A stretch of DNA of 64,000 nucleotides, taken from assembly GCA_965214705.1 (NCBI GenBank), contig OZ243972.1, positions 4,064,001 through 4,128,000 on the forward strand, read 5' to 3'. The position numbers and the translations under genes are program-made. Below are positions 18,774 through 29,060 of this stretch, in pieces. Numbering within the stretch: position 1 is the stretch's first letter; every line of letters starts with the position of its first letter. The notes under the pieces are model-generated. The model was not told the DNA's origin. It made no database searches and saw only the letters and a program-made list of their open reading frames with translations. The DNA is from Alphaproteobacteria bacterium (lineage in GTDB: Bacteria > Pseudomonadota > Alphaproteobacteria > UBA828).

Positions 18774-19085
18774 TCAATCCTTCTTGGCGGCGTTCATGAT
18801 CTTGGCGATGTCGTCACCGGTGAGCGCGCCACCCTTCCTCGTGGCGAACCAGTAGGTCACGACGGCGGCGGCGATCGGCAATATGGCGAAGAACAAGTCC
18901 TTCGCCATGGCGTGTTCGCCTATCGCTATGAAGTAGCCGGCGAACCCCGCCCCCGCCCCGAACAGGAAGAAGGCGGCGCTGTACGTCACGCGCACCCGGA
19001 CCGCACTCCTCATCCTCTCGGCCTTGGGGTCCTGTTCCTGAGTCGAGGTATCGGCTCCCCCGCCGCCTGCTGGATCTTCAGCCAT
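18774..19085 (-). CDS. Small membrane protein with two hydrophobic helices
   Basis: YSAAFFLFGAGAGFAGYFIAI and LFFAILPIAAAVVTYWF; GGAGG RBS at the end of the upstream gene. Confidence 0.7.
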   Translation of the reverse strand: MAEDPAGGGGADTSTQEQDPKAERMRSAVRVRVTYSAAFFLFGAGAGFAGYFIAIGEHAMAKDLFFAILPIAAAVVTYWFATRKGGALTGDDIAKIMNAAKKD

Positions 19086-19089
19086 CGAA

Positions 19090-19260
19090 CTAAACCTCCT
19101 CTACCGAGGCGTTGCCCGAGCCCTTCACCAAGTCGATCCCGTGAAGGCAGTCCGCCTTGTTCTTGTAACCCTCGCCCGAGGTGGCGATGATCTCGTGGTT
19201 GGCAGCCCGCAGACGCCACCGCCACTCCTTGGCAGCGTCCTGGTACACTTGATAGCGCAT
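19090..19260 (-). CDS. YegP/DUF1508-family protein
   Basis: YQDAAKEWRWRLRAANHEIIATSGEGYKNKADCLHGIDLVK. Confidence 0.88.
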   Translation of the reverse strand: MRYQVYQDAAKEWRWRLRAANHEIIATSGEGYKNKADCLHGIDLVKGSGNASVEEV

Positions 19261-19546
19261 GATCAGAGTACCCTCTCGTTTGCGACCCGCGATTCGGTCA
19301 CGAGGCGAACTTTCTGGGTAGCACGATCGAGGGATGGGGCACAACCCCGCATGTAGGGGGTCGGGGTGGAATCGGAGTTTCGAGGGCTGGTGGTGGGCGG
19401 AGGGGCTAGATGTGGAGGGAAGCGGAACGCATGGGAACACCGTTCCGTCAGCTATGTAAGCTCCCTCGTGAAACCTGTGACCCTGACGCATCGACACCGT
19501 TGCCAGGCGGGCAATTTCCGAGAAATGCTGGACATAGATCCGCGAC

Positions 19547-19924
19547 TCAGTCGGCAGAAAGAAGCTTCGACTGCGCCTCCCTGCCCGCCCGGATCATGCT
19601 CTCGACCTCATCCTGACGCCCTTCGCTGATTAGTTCGTCGCGCTTGAGCGAGGAGAGAAAGAGTACGCCTCGAAATGTATGCTCGATCAGTTGGACGACT
19701 CCGGGCGAGAGCGCGCCGCGAGTCAGGAGGGAATCGTCCTTTGCCATCGTCACCGCAGCGTTGCGCACGAACTCGGCGGTCGAGTTCATGTCGTGCCTGG
19801 CGGCGGCATGCGAGACTTGTTCCCACTCGCTGTCCGAGAATCTGATCGTGCGAGAGGTGCGAGCGTCGCCTGGTCTCGTGCCGGGATCCGCTTCGGTGGT
19901 GCCACCGGAGCTGTTTTCGGTCAT
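19547..19924 (-). CDS. Ribbon-helix-helix (MobC/CopG-like) protein
   Basis: RTIRFSDSEWEQVSHAAARHDMNSTAEFVRNAA; AAAGGA RBS. Confidence 0.7.
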   Translation of the reverse strand: MTENSSGGTTEADPGTRPGDARTSRTIRFSDSEWEQVSHAAARHDMNSTAEFVRNAAVTMAKDDSLLTRGALSPGVVQLIEHTFRGVLFLSSLKRDELISEGRQDEVESMIRAGREAQSKLLSAD

Positions 19925-20587
19925 TGCCGTGTCCTTTCGGTTGCGGGAATCGCCTGCCCGGCTGGATCGCACGCGAGCTGAGATACCCTGCTTACAGTCG
20001 TCGAAGGGGGCAGAAATCCGCGCATTGCGCGGAGCATTCGCAGGACGATTTGCCTTACAGCCGTGAATGTCACACGAATGTCGCCCGAGGTGGTCTGGGT
20101 GTATGTCGATTTTATGTCAACGAGTTGGGAGGGAGAATGTCAAATGACATTCGCTCGATCCAACGCCGCCGATCCGGGCCTCTTCACACTCCTGACATCT
20201 CCTGACTATCCATGGTGATTCGTTTTGCCAAAACGTGGTACTGCACCTTCAGGTGCGCTCAGGTGTGAGGGCAAAAGCGCCCTGAGGGCGTAGGACAGGT
20301 CCGAGGGACCGCAGAAAAGCTATCAGGCCCAGCCACTTAAGGGGCGAGGGGAGGCTTGGTGAGGCCAGGGATCCGAGAATTCGGGTGTGTTTGCCGGAGA
20401 ACACGGGAATTTCCCATGGCACGCATGCATAGAGACACAGGTGGCGACTTATGTGGTCCTTGTGTGGCGATGCCGGAGCGCTCGGCACGGCTCGGGATGC
20501 ACTCGGGGATCGATCTGTGCCGAGCTCGTGCAGGGGCATGTTCTCGCTGGCCTGGCGGCGTTCGGAAATACAGCGGAACCGGGGTAT

Positions 20588-21269
20588 GCGATCATGGTCG
20601 GCGCAGTGGACCGATCACCATGATCGTCACGAGTGTCGGACGTGGTGACGTCGGGCCGTTCAGGCGCGACGGCACCAATGTCCGTCGAACTGCGGAGGCG
20701 CTCGTCGCCATCGGCGGCGGCGCTGACGCCGAGCGTGCACGCGGGACGTTCAGTCCGTAAGCCAAAGGTGAACTGCGGCACGATGTCGGCGGCCGCACTC
20801 GTCGGCGCATCGTCTGAGTCTTCATCGCCATGGTCATCGTCATCGCTTCATGCGAAGGCGCGTGCAGCGATGAGGGTGCCGGTGTTGGGAACGACAATGG
20901 CGGCGGGCGGCTCGACCGCGGGGCGGGCCTCGCGGTCAGGCGGGTGCGTGCCTGCGGCAAGCAGGCGAGGGTCGCGGCCGGACGGCAAGCGGAAGGAGGT
21001 GCAGACGCTCGCGATCGTGATTGGCGCAGCGAGCCGCTCGCCATGATCGTCACGAGTGCCGGGCTCGGTGGCGTCGGGCCGTTCAGGCACGACGGCATCA
21101 ATGTCCGTCGAAGTGCGGAGGCGCTCGTCGCCATCGGCGACGGCGCTGACGCCGAGGGTGCGCGCGTGACTTGCGGTTCGGCGGTCGAAGATGGATTGCG
21201 GCACGATGTCGGCGGCCGCACTCGCCGGTGCACCATGGCCATGTTCATCGCTCTGATCATCCTCACCGG
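20588..21269. repeat. Diverged ~260-bp direct duplication, 423-bp period
   Basis: CCATGATCGTCACGAGTG...GCTGACGCCGAG...GCGGCACGATGTCGGCGGCCGCACTCG present at ~20618 and ~21041. Confidence 0.8.
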
Positions 21270-21594
21270 CACAAGCGGGAGCACGCGCAGTCCATGGGCG
21301 TGCCGCTGCAACGGCCGGCGACGGCGCGCGAGCGCCGAGCCAGACGCGGTGACGCAGGACGGGCAAGCCGGAGAGCAGGACACACGCATCGAGCCCGGCG
21401 ATGGCGCGTAGCGTCGAGCCTGATGCACGGCGGCGGAGGGAGGGGGGAAGCACGGTCGCTGCAGCGAGCGGGAGCGGCGCCGGCGCGAAGCGCGGCGACG
21501 CCGGCGTTCGAGCGCGCACTCGGATTGGCGGTGCGCGATCCGACGGGCGGGCGCACAGGCCGACGCTCGTGATGCCCGTCGTGAAACACGACGA

Positions 21595-21626
21595 AAGCGG
21601 CCGATGCCTTGAGGCACCGGCCGCTT
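21595..21626 (-). terminator. Stem-loop, probable terminator of the original DUF2493 gene
   Basis: AAGCGGCCGATGCC-TTGA-GGCACCGGCCGCTT, 18 bp beyond the orphan TAA at 21645-21647. Confidence 0.6.
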
Positions 21627-21751
21627 CGTCGAGGCGCGCGCTGCTTACGCGGCTTTCATTATCATAATGCCGAGAAGGTTGTAATGCCGAGCGGGTCGCT
21701 GGGATCGGCTTAGTTCTGCCGTTTTCCTGCCGATTCGCTCGGCATTAATTG

Positions 21752-22753
21752 TCACGGCCAGTTTCCGCCGAGAACCATCATCAAGCTGTCCTTCACACCG
21801 TTGAAGGTCCCGCGGCGGATGGAAGGCGGCGTGTTGGCCCCAAGGATTTTCAACTTCTCGGCCGCGCTCGAACGAAGGTACACCTCGGTAATCTTGACGT
21901 CGGCGTGACCGAGCCAGATCGAGACCTTCCGGATGTCCCCCCGTGTGGCATCCAGAACGGTCATTGCCGACGAATGACGGAGCACGTGCGGGGTCACCCG
22001 CTTGCTCTTGATGGACGGGACCTTGCAGGCCGCGGTGGCGACATGCTGGTCGAGGATGTAAGCGAAGCCGTCCGTGCTCAACGCCCGCCCGCGGGCGCTG
22101 AGGAAGAGATAGCGATTGTTGACCGGCGGGCGGACGTCGAGCCACTCATTGAGGACGGCCCTCGTTTCCTTCCAGAGCGGCAGTTCGCGCTCGCGCCGCC
22201 CCTTGCCCAGGATGCGGACAGTCTCAAGATGGGGACTCGACAGGCTGTCGAGAGTGAGCCTGGTCAGTTCCGACACCCGGAGCCCGGCCGCGTAGCATAG
22301 ATGCAGCATGGCGCGGTCGCGCAGGCCTGCGACCGTCGCGGTATCCGGCGCATCCAGGATCGCCTGCATCTCCATCCGGTCGAGCCAGTCGATCAGGGGT
22401 TTGTCGGTGCGCTTCTGCGGGATGGCGCGCACCTGCAAGGCGAGGTCGAGACAACCCGGGACACGGTATTCCAGGTATCGGAAGAAGGACTTGATGGCGG
22501 CGAGGCGATTGTTGCGGGTGCCGATGCTGTTGTTGCGATCCTTCTCCAGAGACTCGAGGAAGGCCAGCAGTAGAGCCACCGTCAGGTGCTCGATCTTCAG
22601 GATGCAGGGGCGCACCCTGGTCTTTTCCGCCGCGTAGATGACGAGGAGGCGGAAGCACTCCTTATAGCTCTGCACGGTGTGGCGGCTGAAGCGCCGCTCG
22701 TTAGGAAGGTGCTCCTCCAGGAAGCTCGTCAGGTGGGGGGCAAGATCAGTCAT
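21752..22753 (-). CDS. RIT1 tyrosine recombinase C
   Basis: TRNNRLAAIKSFFRY, GLRVSE, GKGRRER, HVLRHS, LGH, TEVY. Confidence 0.92.
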   Translation of the reverse strand: MTDLAPHLTSFLEEHLPNERRFSRHTVQSYKECFRLLVIYAAEKTRVRPCILKIEHLTVALLLAFLESLEKDRNNSIGTRNNRLAAIKSFFRYLEYRVPGCLDLALQVRAIPQKRTDKPLIDWLDRMEMQAILDAPDTATVAGLRDRAMLHLCYAAGLRVSELTRLTLDSLSSPHLETVRILGKGRRERELPLWKETRAVLNEWLDVRPPVNNRYLFLSARGRALSTDGFAYILDQHVATAACKVPSIKSKRVTPHVLRHSSAMTVLDATRGDIRKVSIWLGHADVKITEVYLRSSAAEKLKILGANTPPSIRRGTFNGVKDSLMMVLGGNWP

Positions 22754-23678
22754 CGGAACCCCCATTCGCGTGAGCCTCTTCCGCGGCTTCGGCAATGCCG
22801 CGCAGGAGGGCAGGGGTCGATTCCAGATACCAGTAGGTGCTTGAGACGTTGACATGGCCGAGGTAGGTCGCAAGCGCCAGCATATGGCGGCTCGGATCGA
22901 TATCGGGAGCAAGGCTCTCAAGTGACCGCACAGCGAAGGAATGCCGCAGCGAGTGCGGTGTGGGTCCTCGCGCCGCGCCGGGTTCGCGGATTCCGGCTTG
23001 CTCCGCGAGTCTGCGGAAGACGGCCGATGCATAGCCTCTACTCGGACATAGGCCGGTGGCGATCACGAAGAGATGCGTGTCTGGCGTTTTCTCCTTGAGC
23101 CGTGACCCCAGGTAGCAGTTCAGCGCATCCCAGGTGGTCGGGTGCAGCGCGACCATCCTCGTCTTGCCGAACTTCGTGTCTCGGATGACGAGGCCGTCAG
23201 CGGTGATGTCATCCATCGTCAATGCGAGCGCTTCGCCGATGCGCAGGCCGGTCGCGGCGATGAGCCCGAACAGGTAGTGCCAGGTCAGCGGGGCGATGCT
23301 GCCGGCAGGCCCCATGGACAGCGCCGCCATCAGAAGTTTCCCGATGTCCGGGACCGATATCAGGCAGGGTCGCGGCCTCTGCTTGTTCGGGCGGCCCAGC
23401 GCATCGCGCGGCGGTACTTCGTGACGCGCATCCTCGGCATGCAGCCAGCTGGCAAAGTCATGTACCGCGCGCAGCCTTCTGACTCCTTCGGACTGCGATG
23501 CCGCTCTCGACGACGATGCCCACTCGATGGCGGTCGTGGAATGGATGAATGTTTCATCACGGTCCTCGGCGAACCTGGCGAAGCTGTGCAGCATCCCTTC
23601 GCACCGCCCGAACCGGTAGCCGAGCTTCTGTTTCATCGCGACGAAGCGCGAGACCTGTTCGCTGATTGTCATCGTCAT
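22746..23678 (-). CDS. RIT1 tyrosine recombinase B
   Basis: KLGYRF, TGLRIGE, TKFGKTRMV, HSLRHSF, LATYLGH, TYWYL. Confidence 0.92.
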   Translation of the reverse strand: MTMTISEQVSRFVAMKQKLGYRFGRCEGMLHSFARFAEDRDETFIHSTTAIEWASSSRAASQSEGVRRLRAVHDFASWLHAEDARHEVPPRDALGRPNKQRPRPCLISVPDIGKLLMAALSMGPAGSIAPLTWHYLFGLIAATGLRIGEALALTMDDITADGLVIRDTKFGKTRMVALHPTTWDALNCYLGSRLKEKTPDTHLFVIATGLCPSRGYASAVFRRLAEQAGIREPGAARGPTPHSLRHSFAVRSLESLAPDIDPSRHMLALATYLGHVNVSSTYWYLESTPALLRGIAEAAEEAHANGGSDD

Positions 23679-25249
23679 CGATCGATCCCCCCGATCCAGG
23701 GTTGGGCAACCTCCTGCAACATGACCGCGTCGGTCTTCGCATAGATCATGGTGGCGCTCGGGGAAGCGTGCCGGAGCAGCGATTGGATGACGTGGAGCGT
23801 TGCTCCGGATCTGAGCAGCGCTGTCGCCTGGGAATGGCGGAATGTATGCGCGCCGCGGCCGCCGAAGGTCTTGACCCCGGCGCGGTCGAGAGCCCATTCC
23901 GCCACGGCGCTGACGACACTCGAGTCGGTGAACGGCCGACAGGGCGCGTTCACACAGAAGAACACCTTCTCCTCATCCACCCTTGGCCGCGCCGTCGCGA
24001 TATAGGCGTGGAGCGCATCGCCGACGTCCTGGGGCAGAGGCAGAGCCGTCTCCCGCCGTGATTTTCCCGAGACACGGATCTCGGCCCTGTCCCAGTCGAT
24101 ATCGCCGAGGCGCAGAGCGACGATATCCCCGGCCCGCAGGGCCAGCCGTGCCAGAAGCAGCAGGATCGCCCGATCGCGCACGCCCTTGGGGTCGTCGCCG
24201 CAGGATGCGATGGCGCGCTCGACATCGTCGGCCGAGATGTATCGTGGCAAGGTGGACAATCGCCACTGCGGCACCGTCGGCACGGCCTCGACCAGTCTCG
24301 CCGCGATGCTGGCTTCCGACACCAGGAACCGCAGATACATGCGCATCGCGGTGGTCAGCCTTCGGGCGTAGCCCTGCGACCAGGGCTCCATACGGTCGAA
24401 CAACGCCCGCCGGATCAGCGCCGCGTCATAGGCCCCAGGATCGTCCCCAAGGTCAGGCAGCATCTCTGCGATCAATCGGACATACTGGCGTATGCTCTCC
24501 GGGCTGATCGCACGATGGCGTTCAAGCCAGTCGCCGAATCTCTCGAGGCGAGGGGGCGGCGGGGTCTTCTCGTCCGGGTTCTGTTCGAACGGTTCGATCC
24601 GCCCGATCGAGACGAGATGCTTCAGGAAGCCGCGCAGCTCGGTCTCGTATGCGGTTGCGGGGCACCGCGATTCCTGGCCGCAAAACACCCCGGGGATCGA
24701 GCAGACGATCTGCCTGCGCCGGAAACGTGCGATTACCTCCGGCGACAGATCGCACAGGCGAAGCCGTGAGAGGTGGAGCCAGACAATGAGACCGCCGCAT
24801 CCGTGGCCATACAGCTCAATGGTCGCGGTCGCGTAGCCATCGCGGCGCAAGCTCGCGAGGAACGCATCCAGCAGCCTGAAATTGTCGTCGAGCTCGCCGG
24901 GAGTCTCGATGCGCCCCGTCCGCTCAAGGAAGCGGATGAACGTCATGACTCTGGACGACGTGCGGCACTTGCGCCAGCGGCGAAGCCGGACGGGCGCGGA
25001 CGATTCGGCACAACGGCAATCGTGCTGCAGAAAGTGCTCGATGGCCGTGCCGTCGACCATCTTGAGCTCGATGCCGGCGAGCTTAAGCCAGATCAGGAAG
25101 TGACGAGCGGCATACCGGTACTTGGGGAGCTGACCCTCGGCAGCTCCACCTCGATGGCGAAGGTCGTCGATGAACTCAAGAATGATTGGATCGAAGCCGG
25201 CCAGCGCCGTGGTCTCCAGCAACGACCCGCGGTTGGGTGTCGAAGACAT
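23675..25249 (-). CDS. RIT1 tyrosine recombinase A
   Basis: LPRYI, RDRAILLLLARLALRAGD, LPLPQDVG, HTFRHS, LRH, TMIYAK. Confidence 0.92.
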   Translation of the reverse strand: MSSTPNRGSLLETTALAGFDPIILEFIDDLRHRGGAAEGQLPKYRYAARHFLIWLKLAGIELKMVDGTAIEHFLQHDCRCAESSAPVRLRRWRKCRTSSRVMTFIRFLERTGRIETPGELDDNFRLLDAFLASLRRDGYATATIELYGHGCGGLIVWLHLSRLRLCDLSPEVIARFRRRQIVCSIPGVFCGQESRCPATAYETELRGFLKHLVSIGRIEPFEQNPDEKTPPPPRLERFGDWLERHRAISPESIRQYVRLIAEMLPDLGDDPGAYDAALIRRALFDRMEPWSQGYARRLTTAMRMYLRFLVSEASIAARLVEAVPTVPQWRLSTLPRYISADDVERAIASCGDDPKGVRDRAILLLLARLALRAGDIVALRLGDIDWDRAEIRVSGKSRRETALPLPQDVGDALHAYIATARPRVDEEKVFFCVNAPCRPFTDSSVVSAVAEWALDRAGVKTFGGRGAHTFRHSQATALLRSGATLHVIQSLLRHASPSATMIYAKTDAVMLQEVAQPWIGGIDR

Positions 25250-25401
25250 TCTTGTCGTCCTCCATCCGATTGAAAGGGAGGACGACTTTGTCGGAGAACC
25301 GACCCCAACAATTAATGCCGAGCGAATCGGCAGGAAAACGGCAGAACTAAGCCGATCCCCGCGACCCGCTCGGCATTACAACCTTCTCGGCATTATGCAC
25401 G

Positions 25402-26325
25402 TTATGCCGAGCTCGGCATAACGTGCATCACGGGAATGCCCAGCTGCTTCGCCTTGTCGACGAGGTTGCCGGTGATGCCGGAGCCGGGGAAGGCGATGAT
25501 GCCCTTGGGCAGCAGGTTGAGCAGCTCGTCGTTGCGGCGGAAGGGCGCGGCCTTGCCGTGAGCGCTCCAGTCGGGACGGCAGATCACCTGGTTGACGCCT
25601 CTGGCTTCCGCCCAGCTCGCGGCGATCTTCTCGACGCCGGGACCGCCACCATGCAGCAGCACCATGTCGCCGTACTTCGCGTGCGCCATGTCGAGCGTGC
25701 TCCAGATCGCGTCGGCATCGCTGACGGTCTTGCCGCCGGTGATCGCGACCAGGGTGCCCTCGGGCAGATGCGCCCTCGTCTCGCGGTCCTTGCGGGCGCG
25801 GCGGAAGTCGCGTGCGTCAATGGCGGCGGAGGTGAGCTGTCCGGTCTGGCTCGTGTGCGAGCCGTGCCGCGGGCGCCAGACCTCGCCGGTCTCGACGCGG
25901 TAGGCGTCGGCGGCGAGGTCGCGGAGCTTCTCGAAGGCGTCGCGCCTGTCGCCGAGGTTCTGCGCGCGGTCAGTCATCGTCTGCAACTCCCACGCCTTCA
26001 CCTCCGATCCGTCCTGCGCCTTCTCGAGGTCGCGCATCTCGGGCGCGATGCGGTCGACGGCGCGGTCCAGCCTCTGCACCTGGCTGTGCAGCATGTTGGT
26101 GAAGCCCCACATGAGCGGCTCGCGCTCGTCGGCCATCTGCGTGCCGTCGACGGTGATGCCGTCGACGATGACGCGGATGGCTTCGTTCAGCGCATCGATG
26201 GCATCGTCCTCGTCCCAGACGACCCTGCTGTCGAGCTCGCCGCGCTCGGGCGCTGCGCCGTAGAGGGCCATGCTGTCGCAAACGGTTGCAGTGGAAGAAG
26301 CAGTAGCGCTGGTTGTGTCGATCAT
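25402..26325 (-). CDS. DUF2493 / SLOG-family protein, last codons replaced by RIT1
   Basis: AITGG...LLHGG...AAPFRRNDELL...FPGSGITGNLVDKAKQLGIPV. The original end ...VMHVKAA* is restored by joining to 21645-21658. Confidence 0.88.
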   Translation of the reverse strand: MIDTTSATASSTATVCDSMALYGAAPERGELDSRVVWDEDDAIDALNEAIRVIVDGITVDGTQMADEREPLMWGFTNMLHSQVQRLDRAVDRIAPEMRDLEKAQDGSEVKAWELQTMTDRAQNLGDRRDAFEKLRDLAADAYRVETGEVWRPRHGSHTSQTGQLTSAAIDARDFRRARKDRETRAHLPEGTLVAITGGKTVSDADAIWSTLDMAHAKYGDMVLLHGGGPGVEKIAASWAEARGVNQVICRPDWSAHGKAAPFRRNDELLNLLPKGIIAFPGSGITGNLVDKAKQLGIPVMHVMPSSA

Positions 26326-26959
26326 GACGATCTCCTGTTGGTTCAACCTCCGGGACCCTGTGCCCCGTCGTGATGTCCTCTGTGATTCACGCGCGCGCAG
26401 GGGCAGCACCTGGCCCTGGGAAGTCTTAGGCGGGTTTAGGTGCGGAAGTTCGGCGATGTTGGTGCGGAAGATGGCGCCGCCGTGCCGGTGGGAACGGTGC
26501 TCCGCAGCAAATCCATTCCAGTGGTCATTACGGCGCCGGGCCGGGCGGGCCCGCTTGGGCCTGCCCGGCGTCTAGGCGCCGCGACGAATGGTTCCGCGAA
26601 TGGATTTGATGCGGTGCAGCGTGACGCGGCGGCCCCGCGTTAGGGGCCGGCGCGCTGCAAGACGAGGCGGTTGGTGATTGCACGCAAGCCATCTTCACGG
26701 TCGCCGAACTTCACGGCCCGCCTTAGACTTCCCTGGGTCAGGCCGCAGGGAGCGGAGCGACCGGAGGACCCGCAGGGTTGCTGGCGCGAGCACGTGTGGA
26801 AAACTCCGACATCACGACGGACGGACCCCTTTTCTGTTTCCTGCAAGCGGTGTGGTACCGCCGCAGCGATGAAAGACGCGGTGCCGGCCGCGGGCCGGGC
26901 AACGGGATCGAGGGCGAGCCGCTCCCGCCGATGACACCGCCGGTGGCGCTCGTCACCGC

Positions 26960-27058
26960 TCACAGCATCGGGTGGGTGTCGAGGAGGTGGCGGGCGACCT
27001 CGCGGACGCGATGGCGCTCGTGCACCCTGACGGGGCCGCGGGGGTCTTCGCTGAGATG
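26960..27058 (-). pseudogene. C-terminal fragment of a 75-aa gene split by RIT2 and RIT3
   Basis: HLSEDPRGPVRVHERHRVREVARHLLDTHPML*; joins in frame to 30779-30862 through core CATCTC. Confidence 0.75.
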
Positions 27059-27144
27059 GCATTTCGCGTCGAACAATATGTTGAGCAGCGACGCGAAGGC
27101 CCCGGCAGCTCTGGCTGCAGGGGCCTAAACGCTCAACATAGAGT

Positions 27145-28146
27145 TCACGACCTCGGGGCGCTCAGAACCCTGAGTAGCTTGTCCTGTGCGCCGCTGAAGG
27201 CCCCTTTTCGGATCCTAGGGGGCACATTCGCGTTGAGTATCTTGAGCTTCTCCGCTGTGTTGCCCCGCAGGTAAAGCTCCGTGCTCGATATGTTTGTGTG
27301 CCCCAGCCACATCGAGACGTAAAGAACGTTCCAGTGCGTCGCTTCCAACGTGTGCATGGCGCAGGAGCGCCTCAAGACGTGGGGCGTGATGCGCTTGCTG
27401 TCGATGGACGGCATAACTGATTTCGCGGCGGCAGCATGCACATTAAGACGCTGGGCGAAGCCGTGGCGGCTTATCGGTTGCCCACGGGCGCTGAGAAAGA
27501 GGTGATTAACGTGAACCTCGGGACGGATTACGAGCCAGCTCTGAAGAACGGACTGGGTTTCCTTCCAGAGAGGTAGGATCCGCTCGCGTCGCCCCTTGCC
27601 CATCACATGCACCGTATCCAAGTGCGGGTGCGAGAGGCTATCAATCGTAAGCGACGTCAGTTCAGAGACGCGAAGCGCTGCGGTATAGGCGAGATGAAGC
27701 ATCGCCCGGTCCCGCACACCGGAAGGTGTGCTGATGTCCGGTGCGTCGACAATCGCCTGGATTTCGTCGCGGTCGAGCCAGTGGGGTAGCGCTTTTTCGC
27801 TACGCTTCTCCGGAATGGCGTGCAACCGCCGAGAGAGTTCGAGACATGCGGGCTCTCTGTATTCGAGGTAACGAAAGAACGATTTGATTGCTGTTAGCCG
27901 GGCGTTCCTCGTGCGAGCCGTGTTTCCACGCTCTTTTTCCAGGTAGTCCAAGAAGTCGAGGATGAGCTCAATTGAGAGTTGCTCGAGTACGATGGAGCTC
28001 GGTTGAATGCCGAACCGACCGGCAGCGAACACAGTAAACAGCAGCAGACTGTCGGAGTAGCTGTCTATGGTATTCTGGCTGAGGTGCCGATCGCGTGGCA
28101 GGTGCTCGAGAACGAACGCCGTTACATGGGGAGCAATGTAAATCAT
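27145..28146 (-). CDS. RIT2 tyrosine recombinase C
   Basis: TRNARLTAIKSFFRY, ALRVSE, GKGRRER, HVLRRS, LGH, TELY. Confidence 0.92.
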   Translation of the reverse strand: MIYIAPHVTAFVLEHLPRDRHLSQNTIDSYSDSLLLFTVFAAGRFGIQPSSIVLEQLSIELILDFLDYLEKERGNTARTRNARLTAIKSFFRYLEYREPACLELSRRLHAIPEKRSEKALPHWLDRDEIQAIVDAPDISTPSGVRDRAMLHLAYTAALRVSELTSLTIDSLSHPHLDTVHVMGKGRRERILPLWKETQSVLQSWLVIRPEVHVNHLFLSARGQPISRHGFAQRLNVHAAAAKSVMPSIDSKRITPHVLRRSCAMHTLEATHWNVLYVSMWLGHTNISSTELYLRGNTAEKLKILNANVPPRIRKGAFSGAQDKLLRVLSAPRS

Positions 28147-29060
28147 TGTTGCGTCCTCCCCGTCTGTACCCGCTCTGCCTTCTCGGCGATTCGCCGAAGC
28201 AGTGGCGGAGTTGCCTTGAGATACCAGTACGTATTGGCCAGGTTGGAGTGGCCGAGGTAGGTAGAGAGAGCCAGCATGTGCGTGCTTGAGTCTTCGTCAC
28301 TGTCCAGGCTCTCCAGTACCCATACACAGTAGCTGTGCCGCAAATCGTGCAGCCGCGGTCCCGGCTCGCCCGGCTGTCCGCGCAGGCCCAACTGACGAAG
28401 AAGCCGCAAAAATGCACGTGTGGCGGTAGGACCAGCCGGCGGCTTGCCTATTGCCAGAACAAACAGGTGCTCACCAGGCCCGCCAAGGCGTTTTCTGATC
28501 GCGACATACTCGTCTAGGGCGCGCCATGTGTCTTCGTGAAGCGGCAGTAGTCGGCTCTTGCGGAACTTCGATTCGCGGACGAGTAAGCCGTCTGAGGTGA
28601 TGTCTGACAGCTGCAGAGCCAGTGCCTCCGACCTTCGTATGCCCGTCACCGCCATCAGCCCGAACAGGTAATGCCATGTATACGGCGCAATCGGGTCACG
28701 AGTGGGCAGGGACAGAGCAGCGTCCATCACCTGACGAACCTGGGCTCGCGTGAGCAAGTACGGTGACGGCCTGCTTGGGTTTCGCCGGCCCACGACGTCG
28801 CGAGGCGGCACCTCGTGGCGTGCATCCTCCGCGTGTAGCGAGAGTGCGAAGTTTCGAGCGATCTGCAGCTTGAGCGAAGCCCTGTTCGGGGACGTTCCCT
28901 TGGAAGCCCAGTCGATGATTCGGTCGCAGCGTGTCCATTCGTCCCCGAATGCCGTGGCGAACTCGGCGTACTCCCGCAGCACCCGCTCGTTGTCCGCAAA
29001 CTTGTAGCCAAGCTTCCTGTTCAGCTCGACGTAGCGTTCGACGTGGAGGATTAACGACAT
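28143..29060 (-). CDS. RIT2 tyrosine recombinase B
   Basis: KLGYKF, TGIRRSE, SKFRKSRLLP, HDLRHS, LSTYLGH, TYWYL. Confidence 0.92.
   Translation of the reverse strand: MSLILHVERYVELNRKLGYKFADNERVLREYAEFATAFGDEWTRCDRIIDWASKGTSPNRASLKLQIARNFALSLHAEDARHEVPPRDVVGRRNPSRPSPYLLTRAQVRQVMDAALSLPTRDPIAPYTWHYLFGLMAVTGIRRSEALALQLSDITSDGLLVRESKFRKSRLLPLHEDTWRALDEYVAIRKRLGGPGEHLFVLAIGKPPAGPTATRAFLRLLRQLGLRGQPGEPGPRLHDLRHSYCVWVLESLDSDEDSSTHMLALSTYLGHSNLANTYWYLKATPPLLRRIAEKAERVQTGRTQQ

Larger units (their letters stand above)
21665..25421 (-). mobile_element. RIT element 1 (recombinase in trio)
   Basis: Three overlapping tyrosine recombinases; inverted repeats 21665-21752 / 25308-25395 (one mismatch); palindrome 25402-25421. 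Confidence 0.92.

Noticed and set aside
20592-21617. 341-aa minus-strand ORF
   Set aside because: Arg/Pro/Ser-rich, starts inside a terminator, and the substitution pattern between repeats does not support coding.
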